A stretch of 64,000 nt of DNA from a virus. Lineage: Duplodnaviria > Caudoviricetes. The DNA lies in the IMG/VR virus record IMGVR_UViG_3300044448_004493, positions 649 through 64,648 of that record. One strand, written 5' to 3'. The stretch's first letter is position 1, and the number at the start of each line of letters is the position of its first letter. A program made the translations under genes and the position numbers. The notes below the pieces were generated by a model that was not told the DNA's origin, made no database searches, and saw only the letters and a list, made by a program, of their open reading frames with translations. Shown one piece after another: positions 56,434 through 64,000 of the stretch.

Positions 56434-57990
56434 ATGGCAAATATTCCTATATGGCCCGGCTCATCATCATTTGCAGTAGGTGATACTGCTTTTGGGTTTT
56501 ATGATACTGATTCTGATTTTTCAAGTGACGCTGATAATATAGCAACTTGGTGTGCCCAAAGATTAGGTTATCCCTTAGTTGATATAGAACTTCAAGCTGT
56601 TAATTTTTTTACATGTTTTGAAGAAGCAGTAACAGAATATGGTCATCAAGTATATACTTTCCAAATAGTTAACAATTTATTTAGGATTAAGGGAAAAGCC
56701 ACAGGATCAGCTTTAAATCAAATATATTTAGATGATTATTATGGATCTGATTATGGAGGGGGTGCAGGAAGTCAAGGATCAGGAACTAGTTATAATTTAA
56801 CAGATACTAGATTATATTCAGCTTCTTTATCTGTAAAAAGAAATCAACAAAGATATAATTTATTATCACAAGCCCCTGGATTTTCTACAGCAGATTTAAC
56901 ATTTACAGGAATCCCATCTCCATCTCAATCTTTAACTATAATAGCTACAAACGGAAGTTCACACACATATACAGCTCATGCATCATCAAGTGCTTATCAT
57001 GTATCTTCTAGTTTAAATCAATTTGAAACTGGATCTTCAGCAGCATCTGCAGCCACTAATTTGGCTGATCTTATCAATTTAAATACAGATAAACATTTTA
57101 AGGCAACAGTTTCTGCTTCTGTAATAACACTTACTCAAAAAATAGAAGGAACAGCAGGAGATACAACTATAACATCAAATTTTTCTAATTTTACTACATC
57201 TAGTTTTGATGGGGGTGCTTCAGGATTAAAATTTGAAAGTTCAGGATCTGCTATACAAGCAGGAGATAAACAAATAAGAATAAAAAAGATATATCATTAT
57301 GCTCCTTCTGCCATAAATAGATATTTTGACCCATATGCAGGTACAGGTACAGGAATTCAATCTTTAATGCAAACTTTTGGTTTTGGTAATTACTCACCTG
57401 GTGTAAATTTTATGTTAATGCCTATATATTTTGATGCTTTAAAATTACAAGCAATTGAATTTAATGATCAAATAAGAAAATCATCATATCATTTTGAATT
57501 AAATGCAGGTAAATATTTAAAATTATTTCCTATTCCTACTAGAGATTATACTCTTTGGTTTGAATATACTATGTCTGATACATCTTCAGACCCATCAACA
57601 GAAGAAGATGCTCAAGGAAATGAAGTATCTAAACCTAAAAATTTAGTTACAGATATTTCAAATGCCCCATATGAAAGACCTACATATGCTTATATAAATG
57701 AACCAGGAAGACAATGGATTAGGAAATATTCTTTAGCTTTAGCTAAAGAAATGTTAGGAAGTGTAAGAGGAAAATATCAAGTAGTACCTATTCCTGGATC
57801 TGAAACAACTTTAGATTATACAAGATTATTAGATGAAGCTAGAGCTGAAAAAGAACAGTTAATTACTCAATTAAGAGAAGATTTAGAAGCAACAACTACT
57901 CTTAAACAATTAGAAAGATCAACAGCAGAAAGTGATCAAAAACAACAGTCATATACTATAGATAATCCTTACCAAATTTATATACATTAA
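56434..57990 (+). CDS. gp13: neck protein (T4 gp13-like) with an inserted beta domain
   Basis: QRLGYPLVDIEL N-terminal motif and C-terminal WIRKYSLALAKEMLG..RLLDEARAEKEQL. Confidence 0.8.
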   Translation: MANIPIWPGSSSFAVGDTAFGFYDTDSDFSSDADNIATWCAQRLGYPLVDIELQAVNFFTCFEEAVTEYGHQVYTFQIVNNLFRIKGKATGSALNQIYLDDYYGSDYGGGAGSQGSGTSYNLTDTRLYSASLSVKRNQQRYNLLSQAPGFSTADLTFTGIPSPSQSLTIIATNGSSHTYTAHASSSAYHVSSSLNQFETGSSAASAATNLADLINLNTDKHFKATVSASVITLTQKIEGTAGDTTITSNFSNFTTSSFDGGASGLKFESSGSAIQAGDKQIRIKKIYHYAPSAINRYFDPYAGTGTGIQSLMQTFGFGNYSPGVNFMLMPIYFDALKLQAIEFNDQIRKSSYHFELNAGKYLKLFPIPTRDYTLWFEYTMSDTSSDPSTEEDAQGNEVSKPKNLVTDISNAPYERPTYAYINEPGRQWIRKYSLALAKEMLGSVRGKYQVVPIPGSETTLDYTRLLDEARAEKEQLITQLREDLEATTTLKQLERSTAESDQKQQSYTIDNPYQIYIH

Positions 57991-58331
57991 TGATTAAATT
58001 AAAAGACATATTATTAGAAATCTTAAATAACTATAGTATAGAAGTTGATTTATTTGTAGATAATATGGCTTCTCATTATGAAATCACTAATGAAATTAGA
58101 GCTTTAAAAGGAATAACAATTGTAACTATTATTACTCCTGAAGATTATATTCAATCTACATCAGGAGATGAATATATTAGATTAAGAATAAAATTTGTAA
58201 CAAGGGGAGATGCTAAAAATATGTTACAACAATTTTTAGATTCTGCTTTAGCTAAAAACGATACAGATAAAATAAGAATACCTGGAATAAAATCTATGAA
58301 ATTTAGAAAAGAAACCTTAAAAAGATTATAA
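57990..58331 (+). CDS. small tagged hypothetical protein
   Basis: MIKLKDILLE leader. Confidence 0.55.
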   Translation: MIKLKDILLEILNNYSIEVDLFVDNMASHYEITNEIRALKGITIVTIITPEDYIQSTSGDEYIRLRIKFVTRGDAKNMLQQFLDSALAKNDTDKIRIPGIKSMKFRKETLKRL

Positions 58332-58876
58332 TGGCGTTATTTGGAGGATCACGAGATATATGTTTATTTAATACTATAAACGATGAGCTTTTAAAGGATA
58401 TAATCCAAACAGAAGCAGCTTATTATAAATTTGCCTTAGAACAAACAAAAACAAATGTTTATGGTGAAGCACCAGGTAAAAATTATTATGAACCTTTAAA
58501 AATAGCATGTTTAATAGATAGAGCAGACCAAGCATGGAGTTCTGATGATTTTGGATCTGATATTAATCAATCATTAGCATTTAGATTTTTAAAAAAAGAA
58601 TTAAAAAATATAAATTTAATTCCAGAAATAGGAGATATATTACTTTTTAGAAATAATTTTTATGAAGTAGATGAAAAAATTGAAAATCAACTTATATTAG
58701 GTAGAGATCCAGATTATGCTATTTCAACAGAAACTGTAAATTTTGGAGAAAGTTTTTCGATATTAATTAATACTCATCTATCTAGAGTAGAAAAATTAAA
58801 TTTAATACCTTTAAGAGAAGGTAAATACCCAACAACAGAAAAATTAAATGGGGGAACAGCTAACTTATTAGGATAA
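58331..58876 (+). CDS. gp14: neck/head-completion protein (gp14-like)
   Basis: NVYGEA..DDFG..PEIGDILLF..FYEV pattern; synteny with gp13. Confidence 0.7.
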   Translation: MALFGGSRDICLFNTINDELLKDIIQTEAAYYKFALEQTKTNVYGEAPGKNYYEPLKIACLIDRADQAWSSDDFGSDINQSLAFRFLKKELKNINLIPEIGDILLFRNNFYEVDEKIENQLILGRDPDYAISTETVNFGESFSILINTHLSRVEKLNLIPLREGKYPTTEKLNGGTANLLG

Positions 58877-58877
58877 A

Positions 58878-59897
58878 ATGGCAGATAGAAAAAACATAGA
58901 TCCAAGAAGACCTATACCATCAAGTGGATATGACCGTTTGAGGGACAATTTATCATCTAATTTTGGTACAGATCCTGGTAAATTTCCAGAATCACAAGGA
59001 TTTCCTATGGATGATTTTCCTCTTCCTGATAATAGAGCTAGTACAAATAGAGGTAGACTTACTACTCGTAAAGATGATATAATAAAAGATACATCTATAG
59101 GATTACAAGATCATGATGAAGCTATAATGTATTATTTTAATAATGTTATAAAACCTTCAGTTATAATAAATGGTAATAGAACAAATGTCCCTTTAATTTA
59201 TGGTTCTCCTGAAAGATGGAAAGGAGTTCAAAAAGATGGTTTTTATAGAGATAAAGAAGGTAAAATTCAAACCCCTCTTATTATGTTTAAAAGAGATGGT
59301 GTTGAAAAAAGAAGAGATTTAGGAAATAAATTAGATGGAAATAACCCACAACTTTATTATACTTTTAAAGAAAAATATACAAAAAAGAATCAATATGATA
59401 ATTTTACTATTTTACAAGGAAGAACACCACAAAGAGAATTTCATGCTGTTGTAGTTCCTGATTTTGTAAAATTAACATATACTTGTACTATTTGGTGTGA
59501 TTATGTAGCCCAAATGAATAGATTAATTGAAACTATAAACTATGCTTCTGATGCTTATTGGGGGGATGAAGAAAGATTTAAATTTAATGCTAAAATAGAT
59601 ACGTATAATAATACAACAGAAGTAGCTCAAGGTGAAGATAGAGTTGTTAAAACAACTTTTGGTTTAACACTTCAGGGATATTTAGTACCAGATAGTATTA
59701 ATAAAGAATTAACAAGAAAACCACCTAAGTTCTATAGTAAATCTGTAGTTTCTTTTGGAACTGAATTAATAGTATCTCCTACGGGAGAACCTTTAACAAG
59801 AGAAGAAGTAAGAAGCGCACCAACAGCTGAAAGTTTAGGACAAATAGGAACAGGAATAGGATATCAAATAGTAGAATTTACAAACGTAATAGGATAA
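58878..59897 (+). CDS. gp15: tail terminator/sheath stabiliser (gp15-like)
   Basis: NVPLIYGSPERW, VPDFVKLTY..QMNRLIETI and F.LTLQGYL patterns; synteny. Confidence 0.7.
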   Translation: MADRKNIDPRRPIPSSGYDRLRDNLSSNFGTDPGKFPESQGFPMDDFPLPDNRASTNRGRLTTRKDDIIKDTSIGLQDHDEAIMYYFNNVIKPSVIINGNRTNVPLIYGSPERWKGVQKDGFYRDKEGKIQTPLIMFKRDGVEKRRDLGNKLDGNNPQLYYTFKEKYTKKNQYDNFTILQGRTPQREFHAVVVPDFVKLTYTCTIWCDYVAQMNRLIETINYASDAYWGDEERFKFNAKIDTYNNTTEVAQGEDRVVKTTFGLTLQGYLVPDSINKELTRKPPKFYSKSVVSFGTELIVSPTGEPLTREEVRSAPTAESLGQIGTGIGYQIVEFTNVIG

Positions 59898-59901
59898 AAA
59901 T

Positions 59902-61575
59902 ATGGCAATACAAACAAAAGTTACTTTAAAAACATATTTCCAAACAGGAGATATACCAACAGAACCACAATATGCTGATTTGATAGATTCTATGGTTAAT
60001 TTATCAGGAGATAATGTAGGTAGTATGGGTATTACGGGGGATATAACAGCCTCAGGTAATATAAGTGCAAGTGGGGATGTAATAGCAACAGGTACAGGCT
60101 CATTCGGGTATGTTACTGCAAATGAAATAAGTGCTAGTGGAAATATAATAGGTGCAGATTTATATGTTAAAAATGGAGATGAGGGAACTATATATTTTGG
60201 GGCACCTTTAGGATCTAAAATATACACGGCCCATGATTCAACAGATCTTTTTATATCTACTTCAGATGATTTTATTGTTCAAGCAGATGATATAGAACTT
60301 AGAGCACACGGAGGTGATGTTTATTTTATGACTAGTGCCACAAATAAACCAATTCATTTTAATGTATCAACAGGAAATTTAATATTATCAGGTTCAGGAG
60401 GATTAAGTTCAAGTGGAGAAATAAAAGGAGAAAACATAATATCACAAAATGTTAGTAGTGATGAAATATTTACAGGTATTAGTAATAATGGAATAACTCA
60501 ATTTCAAGTAAATACAAGTGGAATATCAGCATTAGGAAAAATACTTGTACCTATAACAGCATCAGGTCATATAAGTGGTAGCTCAACAACACTAATAACA
60601 GCACAAGATTTAACATTAGACAGAAGGTTAATAGCAAATCATGAAATTAGTGGTAGTTCAACAACAACTTTAACTATAGGAGGAAATGCAACAATAAATG
60701 ATTTAACAGCAGCACATATAACAGCCTCCGGAGATATAAGTGCAAGTGGTGATTTACATTGTGCTGATTTATATCTAGATAACGTTGTAGCATTACAAAG
60801 AGCAGGAGGAATATTAAATCTTGGTACTAATGATGAACAAACATTAATAGACGCAAGACACGATGGGTTATCTATAAATGGTAGTATATCTACATTAACA
60901 AATGTAACAATGTCTGGTGATCTAAGTGGAAGTTCAACATCTAGAATAACTAGTCAAGATACATATACATCTAGAGCAATCTATTTAGATAATAAAGGTT
61001 TTGCAGAATATCAAACCTCTAGGGATCTTGCAATAGGGTATGATAATAATATATATTCTATAAGATATGGAAGAGCTAATACTGAAGGACATAATTTTGT
61101 AGGAAATGTAACAGCATCGGGACATATATCAGGAAGTTCAACATCTGGATTAACAATTGGTGGAACAGCAACAGTAGGACAAATAAATACAGGACAAGGA
61201 GCTACTGAGGTTTATAATATGAATCAACATGTTACAACAACATCAGGACCAAGTTTTGCAAATTTAACTATAACAGGTAATGTTGGTCAAGATGGAACTG
61301 CGTACACTTGGAGTGATACTGTTACAGCAGAAGGAAAAACAATTGTACTTTCTACTACTTTTCCAGGAGTAAGTGCATATAGAGCAACAGAACCCCAAAC
61401 AGTAATTAATGATTCAGTAGTAGCAACTTCAGTAATAATAGGATCATCTAATGTTGATGGAGTAGCCATACATATTAGTAGAGTAGCAGCGGGTACATTT
61501 AAGTGGTTTGCAATGGCGGGAGTTGAGGATATATCTGGGGTGATTGGTGCTAAATTTAGTTTTGTTGTATTATAA
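59902..61575 (+). CDS. fibre-like virion protein with ITASGxIS(A/G)S repeats
   Basis: YFQTGDIPT..YADLIDS N-terminus; repeated TASG units. Confidence 0.65.
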   Translation: MAIQTKVTLKTYFQTGDIPTEPQYADLIDSMVNLSGDNVGSMGITGDITASGNISASGDVIATGTGSFGYVTANEISASGNIIGADLYVKNGDEGTIYFGAPLGSKIYTAHDSTDLFISTSDDFIVQADDIELRAHGGDVYFMTSATNKPIHFNVSTGNLILSGSGGLSSSGEIKGENIISQNVSSDEIFTGISNNGITQFQVNTSGISALGKILVPITASGHISGSSTTLITAQDLTLDRRLIANHEISGSSTTTLTIGGNATINDLTAAHITASGDISASGDLHCADLYLDNVVALQRAGGILNLGTNDEQTLIDARHDGLSINGSISTLTNVTMSGDLSGSSTSRITSQDTYTSRAIYLDNKGFAEYQTSRDLAIGYDNNIYSIRYGRANTEGHNFVGNVTASGHISGSSTSGLTIGGTATVGQINTGQGATEVYNMNQHVTTTSGPSFANLTITGNVGQDGTAYTWSDTVTAEGKTIVLSTTFPGVSAYRATEPQTVINDSVVATSVIIGSSNVDGVAIHISRVAAGTFKWFAMAGVEDISGVIGAKFSFVVL

Positions 61576-61880
61576 TGTCCACACCAATTACATGGAATAA
61601 TGCTGACTTTACATGGAATAATAACACATATAAATGGGATGAAGTTCAGTTAATTCAACAATTAATAAGAGGGGGAGGTGATTTTAGTGAAGAAATATAT
61701 AAATATAATGCTCCAAAGAAAAGAAAATTAATAAAATTAATATTAAAAGTTTACGGAAATACTATAACAGAATCTAAAAAAAGAGAAATTAAACAATATA
61801 AAATAAAAGCAAAAGATATAAAAATAGCAGTTAAAGAAGTATTGGGGGTAGAAATGATCGCTGAAAATATATCTATTTAA
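61575..61880 (+). CDS. hypothetical virion protein with Trp repeats
   Basis: ITWNNADFTWNNNTYKWDEV. Confidence 0.55.
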   Translation: MSTPITWNNADFTWNNNTYKWDEVQLIQQLIRGGGDFSEEIYKYNAPKKRKLIKLILKVYGNTITESKKREIKQYKIKAKDIKIAVKEVLGVEMIAENISI

Positions 61881-61888
61881 TATTTATA
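61880..61888 (+). promoter_or_regulatory. putative late promoter ATATTTATA
   Basis: Recurrent motif, 3 nt before ATG 61892. Confidence 0.55.
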
Positions 61889-61891
61889 AAT

Positions 61892-62443
61892 ATGTATAAA
61901 TTATTTACGGATAAAACAGAACTTTTTGAATGTAGTATATCATTACAAGGAGCAAGTTTAAAAAAATCAAAAGCAAGATTAGTAGTAGAAACTCCTGAAT
62001 ATTCATTATTATTTAAAGGTACAATTTCTAAATCAGGTAAATGTGAAATTCCTATTAAAAAATTAAAAGGGCTTATAGATGAAGACACAACAGGAAATAT
62101 ACGATTAGAAGTAATCGCAGAAGATACATATTTTACTCCTTGGGAAAGTGATTTTGAAGTAGAAACAAGTAAAAAAGTAACTGTAGAAGTAAAATCTCAA
62201 ACAACTAAAAAACCTATTGTAGAAGCAAAAGTTAAAGTTAAAAGAAACGTAACAATATCTGAAAAACAACACGTTATAAATTTATTTAAATTATTAATAA
62301 AAGAAGATATAAACATGGATAATATATCTTTCAAACGTAATAAACTAAATAATATAGTAGCAACATATCTCCAAGATAATCCCGTAAAAAACACAGATAA
62401 AGTAATAGGGGGTGTGTTAAAAGTTCTTGAAAAACAAAAATAA
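61892..62443 (+). CDS. hypothetical virion protein (Ig/BppU-like N-terminus possible)
   Basis: Beta-rich N-terminal half and helical C-terminus. Confidence 0.5.
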   Translation: MYKLFTDKTELFECSISLQGASLKKSKARLVVETPEYSLLFKGTISKSGKCEIPIKKLKGLIDEDTTGNIRLEVIAEDTYFTPWESDFEVETSKKVTVEVKSQTTKKPIVEAKVKVKRNVTISEKQHVINLFKLLIKEDINMDNISFKRNKLNNIVATYLQDNPVKNTDKVIGGVLKVLEKQK

Positions 62444-62455
62444 AAATGGTTATAA

Positions 62456-62782
62456 ATGGCATTACCCGATTTAACAGGATTAAACATACAAGATACTTAT
62501 CAAAGAATCTTACAAGTATCAAGTAGTGGAGAAATAACAGACGGAACAGGTTCTTTATATACTCCTATATCTGCTTCACATGCAATTTCTGCATCGTATG
62601 CTATTTCATCTTCTCATGAAATAATTAAAGAAATATCTTCATCACACGCTAATACAGCTGATAATTTATCATCAGGTGCTAATATTAATATTAATTATAT
62701 AACAGCCTCAGGTAATATATCGGCAAGTGGTGATATAATAGCAAATAAACTTACAGGAATAATAGATGGGGGAAGTTTTTAA
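62456..62782 (+). CDS. short fibre-like protein
   Basis: SASHA repeats, ITASGNISASG and C-terminal IDGGSF. Confidence 0.6.
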   Translation: MALPDLTGLNIQDTYQRILQVSSSGEITDGTGSLYTPISASHAISASYAISSSHEIIKEISSSHANTADNLSSGANININYITASGNISASGDIIANKLTGIIDGGSF

Positions 62783-62791
62783 ATATTTATA
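62783..62791 (+). promoter_or_regulatory. putative late promoter ATATTTATA
   Basis: Recurrent motif, 15 nt before ATG 62807. Confidence 0.65.
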
Positions 62792-62806
62792 ATAGAATAA
62801 AAAATT

Positions 62807-64000
62807 ATGGCAAGTACAATACAATTAAAAAGAGGAACAGGAGACACAGCACCTTCAAGTTTAGCTGAAGGAGAATTTGCAATAAGTTTAGATCAAGGTA
62901 AGTTATATTATGGTTCTGGTTCTGCTGTTTTAAATAGTTTTAAATTTACAAATATAACAGCCTCAGGTAATATAAGTAGTAGTGGAACAATACATGCTAA
63001 ATTAAATGCAGGAACAGATAATTCTGTTGTAGTATTAAATTCTTCAAATCAACTAGTAACAGATGAAATAGATGCAGGAGTATGGGGAGGTGCTGGAACA
63101 GTAGTAACAACAGAAGGAGAACATGTAGCCCCAAATGCAACAGCAGCAGCAACAGTTGCAACACAAAGAACAAATACAAGTGCCGCTTTTTATCCTGTAT
63201 TTGTAGATTCAAATAATTCAACCGCAACAAACGAATCTTTAAAAACATCAACAAATGGTTTATCTTATAATCCAGGCGCGCAAACACTTACTGTTACAAC
63301 TATAACAAATATATCAACAACCCACATAACAGCTTCAGGTAATATAAGTTCAAGTGGAAATATAACAGCAGAAAATGTCCGTTTACCAGGAGCAGGTATA
63401 ATATCTTTTGATGATGCTTTGGATGGAACGGACCAATTTATAAAAGGTGGTGAACATTATATAACTATAGAGGGTGATGATTTTATAAAAATGAGAGCAG
63501 ATGATGAAGTTAGATTCCAAGATAATAGTGGAACTGTTTTTGCATCTATAAACCCCAATGCAGGTCATATAACATCTTCAGGTAATATAAGTGCAAGTGG
63601 AACAATAACAGCGGATAAAGTATACGATAACATTTATCATACATGGGAAGTAACTACAAGAGTAGATAGTGATGATGATGATAATTGGCAAGGACCTAAT
63701 ACAAAAGGTATACATACTATGGAAGATTGGACCCAAGATTATGGAACTGATTATGATGATATATCTTCAACAAATGCTGAAGGAAGAACAGGAATGAATA
63801 CAGGTTGGAGAATACCAGATGGAGCAAATTATTCTTGTAGTTTGAAATCAATGGACATTTATGTACAACCAAATGATAATATAACTTATGCTGATGCAGA
63901 TGGATTTTCATGTTCGATATGGTATTCCCACCATTCAGATCTAGTAGGGGAACAAAATATACCAGACTCAAATGCTGGTAATTTCACCCAAAGATTTGCC
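62807..64000 (+). CDS. tail-fibre-like protein, 3'-truncated by the window end (absent from the ORF track)
   Basis: MASTIQLKRGTGDTAPSSLAEGEFAISLDQGKLYYG fibre-type N-terminus; no stop through 64000; three ITxSGNISxSG units. Confidence 0.75.
   Translation, partial: MASTIQLKRGTGDTAPSSLAEGEFAISLDQGKLYYGSGSAVLNSFKFTNITASGNISSSGTIHAKLNAGTDNSVVVLNSSNQLVTDEIDAGVWGGAGTVVTTEGEHVAPNATAAATVATQRTNTSAAFYPVFVDSNNSTATNESLKTSTNGLSYNPGAQTLTVTTITNISTTHITASGNISSSGNITAENVRLPGAGIISFDDALDGTDQFIKGGEHYITIEGDDFIKMRADDEVRFQDNSGTVFASINPNAGHITSSGNISASGTITADKVYDNIYHTWEVTTRVDSDDDDNWQGPNTKGIHTMEDWTQDYGTDYDDISSTNAEGRTGMNTGWRIPDGANYSCSLKSMDIYVQPNDNITYADADGFSCSIWYSHHSDLVGEQNIPDSNAGNFTQRFA

Noticed and set aside
281-63971. 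All minus-strand ORFs and short nested plus-strand ORFs in the ORF track (e.g. 829..1200, 2902..3297, 30470..30850, 55074..55418, 6345..6557, 32820..33050)
   Set aside because: They lie antisense to or out of frame within long, tightly packed + strand genes and show the S/F/L-rich composition of shadow frames.
593-64000. Stop-codon reassignment, or introns/inteins in core genes
   Set aside because: TerL, portal, protease, capsid and primase are uninterrupted and of normal length under the standard code.

Overview
A 64-kb, strongly AT-rich segment of a large lytic T4-like (myovirus) phage genome. Every credible gene is on the + strand. The host is most likely Bacteroidota: one gene carries a T9SS sorting domain, an outer-membrane beta-barrel has a Gln at +1, and several promoters match the TTTG-N20-TAnnT type. 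Recognisable modules are a sigma factor, a baseplate cluster (gp5-like with an M15 peptidase, gp25, gp6, gp7-like), GIY-YIG plus primase, fibres, a holin, and the head/neck cluster (TerL, portal, gp21 protease, scaffold, major capsid, PhoH, gp13/14/15). The most unusual signal is a set of about 15 otherwise unannotatable late proteins that look like capsid-loaded, protease-processed polyproteins. Four share the scaffold's C-terminal RFQKLANI motif and many carry an amphipathic K/E-L-x-x-I-K-x-x-L-x-E tag. They are built from shuffled modules (hydrophobic peptide-like helices, Cys-rich mini-domains, a PD-(D/E)XK nuclease, an NTase/DUF192/RNase-like/ligase-like enzyme chain) bounded by L/V-x-E sites matching the predicted capsid cleavage site. 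The scaffold itself carries two such modules. Two intergenic leaders look like structured RNAs: twin hairpins with identical loops before the scaffold/capsid operon, and a kissing-loop element after the capsid gene. All family calls are from motif recognition by eye; no database search was run.
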